Assembly (NCBI GenBank): GCA_965248265.1
Contig: CBDFJF010000002.1
Span: forward strand, 640,001-704,000
Reading direction: 5' to 3'
DNA from: Candidatus Latescibacterota bacterium
GTDB lineage: Bacteria > Latescibacterota > UBA2968 > UBA8231
Length of the DNA stretch: 64,000 bases
The position numbers and the translations under genes were made by a program. The notes below the pieces were generated by a model. That model had not been told where the DNA came from and made no database searches. It saw only the letters and a program-made list of their open reading frames with translations. This document shows, in pieces, positions 51,522-60,402 of this stretch (positions are counted from its first letter, which is position 1; the number at the start of each line of letters is the position of its first letter).

Positions 51522-52339
51522 TCTTCTGACTCCGAAGTCTCGGAACTCGCGCTCTGTGCGCTCTCGGCCAGTTGCAGGCGTTCGATTGCCGTCGCTCGTC
51601 CACCGGCTTCATCTACATCGACCAGGGCACCGCTGAGCACTCCGATGCCATCGGCGGGCTTGAAACGAGTGGGTACCTGGTTGATGAAACGCTGGACGGC
51701 GATATCCGCGCGGGTGCCTATGACGGAGTCAGGGGTCCCCGTCATGCCGGCGTCCGTCAGGTAGGCCGTTCCACCGGGCAGGATGCGTTCATCAGCGGTC
51801 TGGATATGCGTGTGTGTGCCAATCACAGCGCTTGCCAGGCCGTCGAGGTGCCATCCCATCGAGACCTTCTCAGCCGTTGCTTCTGCGTGAAAATCGACGA
51901 AGACGACGGGAGTCTCCTGGCGCAGTCGCTGCACTTCGGAGCGACCTGCCTTGAACGGGCAATCGGTCGTGGACATGAACGTGCGTCCCTGAAGATTCAC
52001 GACCCCCACATTCGTTCCACCCCGTGAAGGCAGGACGATGGAGCCCTTTCCGGGCGCTTCAGTCGGGTAGTTGAAAGGTCGAAGCACGGGTGCGGCACTG
52101 CGAAGAAAGGGCATGAAATCTGCACGATTCCAGATGTGGTTACCCGAGGTGATCACGTCGGCGCCGTAGCTGAAGATCTTCTTCGCCAGATTATCCGTCA
52201 GGCCGAAACCACCGGCCGCGTTCTCACCGTTGACGATACAAAAATCCACCCCGCGCTCGTTGATCAGTCGCGGAATCATCTCCGAGGCTACCCGTCGACC
52301 AGGCTTGGCGTAGATGTCGGCGACGAAGAGTATGCGCAC
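51518..52339 (-). CDS. ymdB: YmdB/TIGR00282 metallophosphoesterase
   Basis: NGENAAGG.G, SGNH, DFHAEATAEK, GTHTH, TDAGMTG. Confidence 0.93.
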   Translation of the reverse strand: MRILFVADIYAKPGRRVASEMIPRLINERGVDFCIVNGENAAGGFGLTDNLAKKIFSYGADVITSGNHIWNRADFMPFLRSAAPVLRPFNYPTEAPGKGSIVLPSRGGTNVGVVNLQGRTFMSTTDCPFKAGRSEVQRLRQETPVVFVDFHAEATAEKVSMGWHLDGLASAVIGTHTHIQTADERILPGGTAYLTDAGMTGTPDSVIGTRADIAVQRFINQVPTRFKPADGIGVLSGALVDVDEAGGRATAIERLQLAESAQSASSETSESEE

Positions 52340-52363
52340 GGGGAGGAATCCTGGTCGGGGCCC

Positions 52364-53929
52364 TTAGCGGGCGTATTGCACGGCACGGACTTCTCGGATC
52401 ACACAGACCTTGATCTGTCCGGCCTGACCTAGTTCTGCTTCTATCGATTGCGTGATTTCTTCGGCCAGTTGCTCGGCGTAGGCGTCGTCAACGATGGTGC
52501 TGTCGACGAGGATCCGGATTTCCTTGCCGTTTTGCAGCGCGTAGGCCCGGTTGACGCCGGGTAGAGCTGCGGCCATGGCCTCGATTTCATCCATGCGGCG
52601 GATGTACTCCTCCACTTTCTCCTTACGCGCCCCAGGACGCCCTGTGGAGATTTCATCCGCAGCCTTGACCACGGTAGCCAGCGTCGAGCGCACAGGGAGG
52701 TTCAGGTTGTGGGTCTCGATCACATCGACCACTTCCGGGGCCTCGTCGCTCTTGCGGGCAATGGCGGCCCCCATCTGCGCCGTATCGGCTCCGATCTCGT
52801 GATCCAGCGCGCGGCCGATGTCGTGCAGCAGACCGGCACGCCGTGCGAGACCGGCGTCGAGATCCAGCGCTTCGGCGATCATTCCTGCCAGCGACCCGAC
52901 CTCCTTGCTGTGGGTGAGAAGGCTCTGGCCGTAGCTGGTGCGAAATCGAAGTCGGCCGAGCAATTCCAACAGGGGGCCGGCCAGGTCGTGGATGCCCAGG
53001 TCGAAAGCTGCCTTGGAAGCTGATTCTCGGACAATCTCCTCGACATCCTCTTTGGCTTTCTCGTAGACCTCCTCTATCCGACCCGGATGGATGCGGCCAT
53101 CCATGATCAGTTTCTCGAGTGTATTCTTGGCCACCTCGCGACGCAGAGGGTCGAAACTCGAGAGCATGACCATCCCCGGCGAATCGTCGACGATGACCTC
53201 GACGCCCGTGATCATGTCGAAGGATCGAATATTGCGCCCATCGCGGCCGATGATGCGTCCCTTCATTTCATCGTTGGGCAGGCTCACCACGGACACCGTG
53301 CTCTCCAACGTCAGGTCTCCGGCAAAGCGCTCAATACAACTTGAGATGATTTCCTTAGCCTCGCGGTTGGCATTGGCGACGGCGTCATCCTTGATCTCTC
53401 TGACTCTGCGGGCGGCCAATTGCTGGGCGCTTTTTTCTTGCTCCTGCACCAGCATCTTGAGCGCCTCTGTCCTGGTCATTCCCCCAAGCTCTTCCAGGCG
53501 ATCGCGTTGTTCCCGGAGCATCTCGTCGATCCTTGTTTCATCCATCCCGATCTGTTGCTCGCGTCTCGTCAGTTCTTCCTCGTTCTTGACGAGGCCGCGT
53601 TCCTTGCTTTCGAGCACATCAACCTTTCGGTCCAGTTGCTGTTCTCGTTCCTGCAAGCTGGACTCCAGGTCCCGCAACGCGCTCCTCTTGCGCTCGGTCT
53701 CGCGTTCGAGGGGCTCGCGCTCCCGCCGCCACTCATCTCTGGCCTCGAGGCTGGCCGTTTTCTTCAGCGATGCCGCTTCCGTCTGGGCCTGGGCGATGAT
53801 GTCATCAGCGGCGGTGCGGGCGCCGTCTACCTTCTTGCGGCGGACGCGCTCACAGCCGTACCATCCGGCCAGAAAGCCGATACCGACAGCGGCCAGGATC
53901 AGGAGGGAAACAGCGAGGATGATCTGCAC
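52364..53929 (-). CDS. rny: Ribonuclease Y
   Basis: N-terminal TM, coiled coil, KH (EMKGRIIGRDGRNIR), DGRIHPGRIEE, RTSYGQ, LLHDIG, RPGAR. Confidence 0.95.
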   Translation of the reverse strand: MQIILAVSLLILAAVGIGFLAGWYGCERVRRKKVDGARTAADDIIAQAQTEAASLKKTASLEARDEWRREREPLERETERKRSALRDLESSLQEREQQLDRKVDVLESKERGLVKNEEELTRREQQIGMDETRIDEMLREQRDRLEELGGMTRTEALKMLVQEQEKSAQQLAARRVREIKDDAVANANREAKEIISSCIERFAGDLTLESTVSVVSLPNDEMKGRIIGRDGRNIRSFDMITGVEVIVDDSPGMVMLSSFDPLRREVAKNTLEKLIMDGRIHPGRIEEVYEKAKEDVEEIVRESASKAAFDLGIHDLAGPLLELLGRLRFRTSYGQSLLTHSKEVGSLAGMIAEALDLDAGLARRAGLLHDIGRALDHEIGADTAQMGAAIARKSDEAPEVVDVIETHNLNLPVRSTLATVVKAADEISTGRPGARKEKVEEYIRRMDEIEAMAAALPGVNRAYALQNGKEIRILVDSTIVDDAYAEQLAEEITQSIEAELGQAGQIKVCVIREVRAVQYAR

Positions 53930-53934
53930 TGGAA

Positions 53935-54309
53935 CTAACCCTGATTACTCTCGTCGACCGACGTCTGGGCTGGTTCCTCCACCGGCTCGGCACGTCCGGA
54001 CAGCGCGATGCGCTCGTCCACGAGTCGTCCCAATGAGGAGGCCAAACGGGAAGTGCGTCGAGATATGTGGTTTTCCGCGTCGTCGAATTCGGCGCGCAGG
54101 CGCAGCAGTTCGTCCGTCAGGTTGACTCCGGCCAGAACGGCCGTCTGCAGCGCCGGCCGGTCCGGACTTTCCGCTGCCACTTTGCGCATGGCCTCGTTGA
54201 CGAGAGCCGCGACACGTTCGATCTGTTCGGGGGGATGGTCGTCGTCGACGGCGAATACGTAGCGTTTGCCGAAAATCTCCACGGAGACACGGCCTGGTTG
54301 TTCGTCCAT
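53935..54309 (-). CDS. zapA: Cell division protein ZapA
   Basis: VEIFGKRY, VA..V...M, AVLAGVNL.DEL; pheT-zapA-rny synteny. Confidence 0.88.
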   Translation of the reverse strand: MDEQPGRVSVEIFGKRYVFAVDDDHPPEQIERVAALVNEAMRKVAAESPDRPALQTAVLAGVNLTDELLRLRAEFDDAENHISRRTSRLASSLGRLVDERIALSGRAEPVEEPAQTSVDESNQG

Positions 54310-54343
54310 CGCTTAGTTAGGTGACCTCCTTGAGAAAATCCAG

Positions 54344-54601
54344 TTAGAGCGGAATCTCCTGCAGCCGCGCCAGAATGCGCTCGAGGCGCTTTTTGACCTC
54401 CTGGCGGTCGTCCATCGCCTTCTGGTACTCACCCTCCAGCCGGGCATAACGATCGGTCTCAGCCTGAAACTTGCGATCTCGTGATTGCAGATCCTCGACC
54501 TGTCCCCGCAACGTCTCGTTTTCCCGCCGTTGCTCTTCCAACACCTGTAAGAGCCGGTTCACTTCATCTTCGAGTCGTTCGAAATTGCCGTCGACACCCA
54601 T
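54344..54601 (-). CDS. ZapB-like coiled-coil protein
   Basis: 85-aa heptad coiled coil (FERLEDEVNRLL...LRRENETL-type pattern) directly upstream of zapA. Confidence 0.7.
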   Translation of the reverse strand: MGVDGNFERLEDEVNRLLQVLEEQRRENETLRGQVEDLQSRDRKFQAETDRYARLEGEYQKAMDDRQEVKKRLERILARLQEIPL

Positions 54602-54632
54602 TTACTTCGATTTCTCCCTGATTGCCCTGTCC

Positions 54633-54802
54633 CTAGGAGCCTGTCCGAGTATCCCATTTGGGCTGCGGGGACGTCATTGCCGCCGCTGCCAGCGTTCCGT
54701 TTCTCTCTCTGAATTCATCAATTCAGATCGATCACGCGCCTTGCCATCGACGACAATGACGCCCCCTCGCCTATCAAAGCGAATACTCGGACAGGCTCCT
54801 AG
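54633..54802. mobile_element. 170-bp MITE-like element with perfect 20-bp terminal inverted repeats
   Basis: CTAGGAGCCTGTCCGAGTAT (54633-52) is the exact reverse complement of 54783-54802; CTAG at both ends; no transposase. Confidence 0.85.
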
Positions 54803-54836
54803 TGCCGCGAGGCACTAGTCATACAATAGTCACGAT

Positions 54837-57212
54837 TCAGTTATCACGCAGCCGCGCTCCGCAACTACTCTCGACAGCTTTGAGCACCCGCGCAATTATT
54901 TCGTCTGCCTGACGATCTTCAAGTGTCTTTTCCGTGGACTTGAGCACGAGGGTGAAGGCCAGACTCTTGCTGCCGGCTTCGACCTGGTCACCCTGGTAGA
55001 CGTCGAATAGCTCGATCGCCTGAATCAGCTCGCGCTCGACCGTCCTCATCTGCTCGATGAGTTGGGCCGCGGGCACTTGTTCGGGCACGACCAGGGCCAA
55101 ATCCCGTTCAATCGGGGGGAATCTCGACAATTGATGGAACCCGTCGGTAGCTGTCAGGCTCGGAGCAAGTTCCGTGAAATCGAGCTCAAACATAAAAACG
55201 GGACCTGCCAGATCAAATACGGCGCACAGGGCCGTGTCTACCTCACCGAAATAACCGATATCACGCTCTGCGACGCTGATCCGGGCACAATGACCCACTC
55301 GAAACGCATCGCGCGTACCGGCATGAAACTGCGCGCCACAATTCTCCAGTAAAGCCTCGACGATTCCTTTGAGGTCAAGGATATCGGCGGCGACTCGGTC
55401 CGCACGCCACGGCGTTGCCGAGCGGGTACCAGACCACAGTCCTGACAACACCAACCACTCACCCCTACCATCCCTCGAACTGAAACACCTGCCTAGTTCA
55501 AACACGGACACGGTGTCGGCTCGTTGGTTGAAGTTTCGTCGAGCCACGTCCATCAACCCGGGAATCAAGCTGGTGCGCATCAGGGAATGGCCTTCAGCCG
55601 GGGGATTGGCAAGTTCCACAGGGTCGAGGGGGGAAACAAGCTGTTCCCAGCGCTGCTCGACGACGCTGTTGGTGACGACCTCATCCAATCCCAACCCGAC
55701 CAGGCGTCGTCGTACCAGCCGTTGCACGTCGTACAGATCGTCACCAGACTGAACAACGGGCCCGCGGATGACGGGACTGGCTTCGACCTGGTCGTAGCCG
55801 AATATCCGGCCTATCTCTTCGATTAAGTCGGCTTCGCGTGTCAGGTCGGGCCGAAAGCTGGGCGGTTCAACTCGCAAGAGTTCCTCAGTCTGCGTTTCAA
55901 TTCGACAACCCAACAACTTGAGGATGCGGGCACATTGGGGTGAGGACAATTCGGTGGCAAGGAGTGCGTTGAGCCGATCGATGCGCAGGTCGATGAGGGC
56001 GCACTCTGGTGTTGAGGATGGGAACACATCGACGAGCGGTGCGCAAACTTCGCCCCCGGCCAGTTCGGCGATGAGCCCTGCAGCCCGATCGCTGGCCCGT
56101 GCCGGCATGGCCCAGTCGGCACCGCGTTCGAAGCGGGACGAGGCCTCCGTTTGCAGGCCGAGCGTCGCGGCGGTCCGTCGCACTCGCGAGGGGGAGAAAT
56201 ACGCTGCTTCGAGCAGGATGTCGGTGGTCTGCTCCGTAACCTCCGAATTGGCACCCCCCATGATGCCGGCCAGGGCGATAGGCCGGTTGGCATCCGCGAT
56301 CACGAGCGTCTCCGAGTCCAGCGCTCGCTCGGTTCCATCGAGTGTTTCCAGCCCCTCTCCCGATCGAGCACGCCTGACGACGATCCGGCGCCCCTCCACG
56401 TGGTTCATGTCGAAGGCGTGTAGCGGTTGCCCAAGCTCGAGCATGACGTAGTTGGAGATGTCGACGATGTTGTTGATTGGCCGCATACCAAGTGACCGCA
56501 GCCGGTTGGCGAGCCACTCGGGCGACTGCCCAACTCGCACGCCCTTAATGAGACGTCCGACATACCTGGGGCACCCATCGTCATCCTCGATCTCGACCTC
56601 AAAGGCGTCCGCGGTCTCTCGTTCCTCCACCACTGTGTCGGGCAGCTCTAAGGGGATTCCGGTCAGTGCCTGTACTTCCCGGCCGATCCCGACCAGGCTC
56701 AGGCAATCAGGTCTGTTAGGTGTCACCTCGAAGTCGATGACGACATCGTCCAGGCCGGATTGCTCGGCGAATGCCGCGCCTGCTTCGTAGGTTGGCGGCA
56801 AAACGAGAATGCCGGCGTGGTCCGAACCCAACCCGAGTTCCTCCTCGGAACAGATCATTCCGTTGGAGCGTACGCCGCGAATCGACACGCTTTCGATCCT
56901 GCGGCCGTCCGCAAGCTGGTGCCCGGGACTCACCACGGCCACCTTCTGGCCGGCAGCGACATTGGGGGCGCCGCAGACGATCGTCTGCTCGCCGCCGTTC
57001 GCTCCCAGATTCACCTGGCATACTGAGAGCCGGTCCGCGTTGGGATGGCGCTCGCAAGCCGTGACCTCGCCAACCAGAATTCCCTTCAAGCGAGTCGCTA
57101 TGTCGTCGATCCCTTCCAATTCCAAGCCGGCCATGGTCAGGCGTTCGACGAGCTCTGGCCAATCCCATTGGTGGGGGACGTATTCCCTGAGCCAATTGTG
57201 TGAAATTTTCAT
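54837..57212 (-). CDS. pheT: Phenylalanine-tRNA ligase beta subunit
   Basis: HPNADRL, IVCGAPN, TPNRPDCLS, RFERG, DLIEEIGRI.GY, RDLA, KSLAF. Confidence 0.97.
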   Translation of the reverse strand: MKISHNWLREYVPHQWDWPELVERLTMAGLELEGIDDIATRLKGILVGEVTACERHPNADRLSVCQVNLGANGGEQTIVCGAPNVAAGQKVAVVSPGHQLADGRRIESVSIRGVRSNGMICSEEELGLGSDHAGILVLPPTYEAGAAFAEQSGLDDVVIDFEVTPNRPDCLSLVGIGREVQALTGIPLELPDTVVEERETADAFEVEIEDDDGCPRYVGRLIKGVRVGQSPEWLANRLRSLGMRPINNIVDISNYVMLELGQPLHAFDMNHVEGRRIVVRRARSGEGLETLDGTERALDSETLVIADANRPIALAGIMGGANSEVTEQTTDILLEAAYFSPSRVRRTAATLGLQTEASSRFERGADWAMPARASDRAAGLIAELAGGEVCAPLVDVFPSSTPECALIDLRIDRLNALLATELSSPQCARILKLLGCRIETQTEELLRVEPPSFRPDLTREADLIEEIGRIFGYDQVEASPVIRGPVVQSGDDLYDVQRLVRRRLVGLGLDEVVTNSVVEQRWEQLVSPLDPVELANPPAEGHSLMRTSLIPGLMDVARRNFNQRADTVSVFELGRCFSSRDGRGEWLVLSGLWSGTRSATPWRADRVAADILDLKGIVEALLENCGAQFHAGTRDAFRVGHCARISVAERDIGYFGEVDTALCAVFDLAGPVFMFELDFTELAPSLTATDGFHQLSRFPPIERDLALVVPEQVPAAQLIEQMRTVERELIQAIELFDVYQGDQVEAGSKSLAFTLVLKSTEKTLEDRQADEIIARVLKAVESSCGARLRDN

Positions 57213-57248
57213 GCTGCTGGTGCGGTTACGGGGGAGACAAGGGAACTG

Positions 57249-58271
57249 TCAGAATTGGCGCGTGAAGCGGAGGTCATTCTCCAGGAACAGGCGTATATCG
57301 TCGATCCCATGACGGATCATCGCCATGCGTTCGACTCCAAGACCGAAAGCAAACCCGGTGTATTCATCCGGATCATAGCCGACACTCTCAAACACAGCCG
57401 GGTCGACCATGCCGGCCCCACCGATCTCTATCCAACCAGTCCCCTTACACACTCGGCATGAGCCAGAGCCTTTGCCGTCATCACCGCAAAGGGTGCAGGA
57501 GAAATCGTACTCCACGCTCGGCTCCGTAAACGGGAAGAAGTGCGGCCTGATGCGTATGCGGGTGCGGTCACCGAGCAAGCTTCGGCCAATGGCCGTCAGG
57601 GTTCCCTTGAGATCCGCTATCGAGACGTCGTGGTCGACGAACAGGCCCTCGATCTGGTGAAAGGTGAAATGATGGGTGGCGTCCACGGTCTCGCGGCGAT
57701 AGCAGCGGCCCTGTGAGATCACTCGGACGGGCGGGGTGGTCGTTTCCATTACGCGGATCTGCACCGTGGAGGTGTGAGTGCGCAACAACTGCCCGTCCGT
57801 GAGGTAGAAGGTGTCGTGGAGGTCGCGGGCAGGGTGATCGGCCGGCGTGTTCAGGGCGTCGAAGTTGTGGTACTCGTCTTCGATTTCGGGACCGTCGGCG
57901 ACGACGAAGCCCATTCCACGCAACACATCGACGACTTCATCAGTCAAGCGGGTCAGTGGATGGAGTTTGCCTTCGAAGTTGCGGCGCCCAGGCAAGGTGA
58001 TGTCGATGCCACTGCCCTCCTCGACTGCAACAGCCAGGTGGCTGTCTCGCTCGTCGAGAGCTGATTCGATCTGTTTCTGCAGGCTCCCTGCTGCCTTGCC
58101 CGCCTCGGGACGCTGATCCGCGGGAAGCGAGCCAATACTGGTCAACAAGCTGCGCATGGCACTCTTGCGTCCGGTGAGGCGCACGCGCAACTCCTCCAAG
58201 GACCCAGGGTCCTCTGCCGCCGCTATGGCTGCAAGGGCCTCCTGACGCAGTTCTTCAATCTGATCAAGCAT
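57249..58271 (-). CDS. pheS: Phenylalanine-tRNA ligase alpha subunit
   Basis: HPARDLHDTFY, LRTHTS, FHQIEG, FPFTEPS, GFAFGLGVER, ENDLRF. Confidence 0.98.
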   Translation of the reverse strand: MLDQIEELRQEALAAIAAAEDPGSLEELRVRLTGRKSAMRSLLTSIGSLPADQRPEAGKAAGSLQKQIESALDERDSHLAVAVEEGSGIDITLPGRRNFEGKLHPLTRLTDEVVDVLRGMGFVVADGPEIEDEYHNFDALNTPADHPARDLHDTFYLTDGQLLRTHTSTVQIRVMETTTPPVRVISQGRCYRRETVDATHHFTFHQIEGLFVDHDVSIADLKGTLTAIGRSLLGDRTRIRIRPHFFPFTEPSVEYDFSCTLCGDDGKGSGSCRVCKGTGWIEIGGAGMVDPAVFESVGYDPDEYTGFAFGLGVERMAMIRHGIDDIRLFLENDLRFTRQF

Positions 58272-58385
58272 CGGAATAGTTACGGCAACGGTGGACGGAT
58301 GAAAACAGGGCGGTCAGACCAAGAAGCCGAAGCCTTCCGCCGGTGCAACGTTAGTGGATAGAAGTTAGTATAACAGTGAGGCGAA

Positions 58386-58739
58386 TTACAGGTGGGACTT
58401 GGCTTGCTCGGCGATCGCCGTAAAGGCGTCCGGATTCCGAACCGCAAGGTCTGCGAGGATCTTGCGGTTGACGGTAATCTCGGCCACGGACAACCCGTGA
58501 ATGAGTTGACTGTAGGAGATTCCGTTGAGACGGGCCGCGGCGTTGATGCGAGCGATCCAGAGTTTGCGGAATTCGCGTTTGCGAACACGCCGGTCGCGGT
58601 AGGCGTACTGCTGGGCGCGATTGACGGCCTCCCGAGCGGTGCGGAAGAGGCGACTCCGAGCCCCGAAATAGCCCTTGGCCAGCTTGAGGACTTTTTTCCT
58701 GCGCCTCCTGGAGGCGACGCTGTTTCTTACTCGGGCCAT
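58386..58739 (-). CDS. rplT: 50S ribosomal protein L20
   Basis: [35 protein letters not shown]. Confidence 0.98.
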   Translation of the reverse strand: MARVRNSVASRRRRKKVLKLAKGYFGARSRLFRTAREAVNRAQQYAYRDRRVRKREFRKLWIARINAAARLNGISYSQLIHGLSVAEITVNRKILADLAVRNPDAFTAIAEQAKSHL

Positions 58740-58763
58740 TATTCTGACTCAGGCTTACTCACT

Positions 58764-58961
58764 CTACTTCATGCCCAGCGAGCGAAGCACGTTCTTCATG
58801 TTCGCGGACGACACGGGCAAACTTTTACGCAGAGCTCGTTTACGTTTGGTGGAACGCTTGCCCAGGATGTGTGTACCAAAGGCTTTTTGGCGCTTGAGGC
58901 CTTTGCCCCCACGTCTCTTGATGCGCTTGGCGGTCGCGCGATGGGTTTTCATTTTGGGCAT
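58764..58961 (-). CDS. rpmI: 50S ribosomal protein L35
   Basis: [13 protein letters not shown]...[12 protein letters not shown]; start ATG 58961. Confidence 0.95.
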   Translation of the reverse strand: MPKMKTHRATAKRIKRRGGKGLKRQKAFGTHILGKRSTKRKRALRKSLPVSSANMKNVLRSLGMK

Positions 58962-59013
58962 TGGCGATTCTCGTTCAGTTTCGGTCCAAGTCTCTCGGGC
59001 AGTAGAGCATCGG

Positions 59014-59042
59014 AATCTATTTGTCCATGCCGATTCTGTCAA
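59014..59042 (-). promoter_or_regulatory. Sigma70-type promoter for rpmI-rplT
   Basis: TTGACA (59042-37), 17 bp, TAGATT (59019-14). Confidence 0.65.
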
Positions 59043-59089
59043 CGATCCCAGGACCTGTCTGTGCAACCGGGCGTCTGTACGCTGGTAGC

Positions 59090-59356
59090 TCACTCCGAGC
59101 GCGCGATCCCACCCTCCAACATTTCGCGGATCTGGGGCCGCACGAAGACATTGTCGAGTGGCAGCGAAGCCATGGCCTCGACCAACACCTCGATGCGCTC
59201 TGCCTGAGTCAGGCGCTCGTTGACGACGAGAAGAAGATTGTCACCGTCGCCAAAACGGCACAGGCCACCCCGGGTTTCGACATCATCGTAGCGGATTTCG
59301 ACTGACAGGGAGCTGGCGACTGTCTCGAGTTCCTGTAGAATTGATGCCGTGTCCAT
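59090..59356 (-). CDS. Small hypothetical protein (GGLCR motif)
   Basis: 88 aa; L.VEIRY...GGLCR...VVN..L...ERIEVL...RPQIREML; resembles the IrrE/ImmA N-terminal region but has no HExxH. Confidence 0.7.
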   Translation of the reverse strand: MDTASILQELETVASSLSVEIRYDDVETRGGLCRFGDGDNLLLVVNERLTQAERIEVLVEAMASLPLDNVFVRPQIREMLEGGIARSE

Positions 59357-59553
59357 GGACTACAAGTGCGCGCTAAGTGATTAATTAAAAACAACTTGGG
59401 AGTAGATTCCCCAAGATAACCAAATTGCCTTTTGGTGAACAGCTCTGGTAGAACAGCTCTGGTATTGGTAATATAGCCGCTCCCACGGTCGGGCCGTTTT
59501 TCGGTGCCCGCACCGAAGCCGAGCGACAGCGGTCGAACCAAAGACACCCATTG

Positions 59554-60402
59554 ATGACATCCGACGGCACAGACGAACCGCCCTGGGTCCTGGTAACGAA
59601 CGACGATGGTCCGGATTCACCCGCACTGATCCCACTGTTGACGGAGCTTTCGCGGTCAATGCGGGTCAAAGCCCTGGTGCCGTCGAGGGAATACAGCTGG
59701 TCAGCCAAGACTCTGACGCGTCAGGGCACCCTGCACATCGAACGGGTGACGGTGGAGGGGGATTTCGAGCTCTCCACTCTCAGCGGTTCGCCCGCCGACT
59801 GCGCCAATCTCGGAGTCCATCACCTGGCGGGCAGCAAACCCTCTCTGGTCATCTCCGGAGTGAACATGGGATCCAATGCCGGCCTCTCTTTCCTGATGAG
59901 CTCTGGAACCGTTGGCGCTGCCATCGAAGCCGCCCTGTGTGGCGTGGCCGCGGCCGCGTTCTCGATGCAGTTGAGCGCCCACATCTACAAGCAGTGGCGC
60001 GTCGAACGACAGCTCGATGCGTATGATGGCCTGTGGACGACGGCGGCCACCATTACCACACAAATATGCCGGGAAGTCCTGCGCGCTGGTCTGCCCGAGG
60101 GGGCTTCACTGCTGAGCGTCAACATGCCAGACACTTGCGACGTTTCCACACCCCGTTGTTTCGGCCGGGTCACGCCAACGGAATACGGTTCTTTTTTCAA
60201 ACAACTGGAACCTGGCGCCTTTGACCACAACTACTCCGGGTATCGCATCCTGGGAGGCGACGGCCGCGGGGATGTCGAACTGCTGGAAAACGGCGATGTG
60301 GCCATGACAGCTATCAGGCTGGATCTGAATTCGGGGGAGGCGAGCGCCGTTGACCGCCGCCGCTTCGAGCGTCCCCAGTCCGAGCCGGATCAGGGGTCGT
60401 GA
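59554..60402 (+). CDS. surE: 5'/3'-nucleotidase SurE
   Basis: LVTNDDG, GSPADC, VISGVNMGSN, SGTVGAAIEA, LSVNMP. Confidence 0.9.
   Translation: MTSDGTDEPPWVLVTNDDGPDSPALIPLLTELSRSMRVKALVPSREYSWSAKTLTRQGTLHIERVTVEGDFELSTLSGSPADCANLGVHHLAGSKPSLVISGVNMGSNAGLSFLMSSGTVGAAIEAALCGVAAAAFSMQLSAHIYKQWRVERQLDAYDGLWTTAATITTQICREVLRAGLPEGASLLSVNMPDTCDVSTPRCFGRVTPTEYGSFFKQLEPGAFDHNYSGYRILGGDGRGDVELLENGDVAMTAIRLDLNSGEASAVDRRRFERPQSEPDQGS

Noticed and set aside
53091-54125. 344-aa plus-strand ORF
   Set aside because: Ser/Arg-rich shadow of rny and zapA
54633-54802. 6S RNA (often near zapA-rny)
   Set aside because: zapA-rny gap is only 5 nt; this element lies upstream of zapB and has perfect CTAG-ended terminal repeats more typical of a MITE. 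Not formally excluded without an Rfam scan
58272-58385. pheM-type leader peptide or T-box before pheS
   Set aside because: No Phe-rich ORF with a start codon, too short for a T-box; only a weak hairpin
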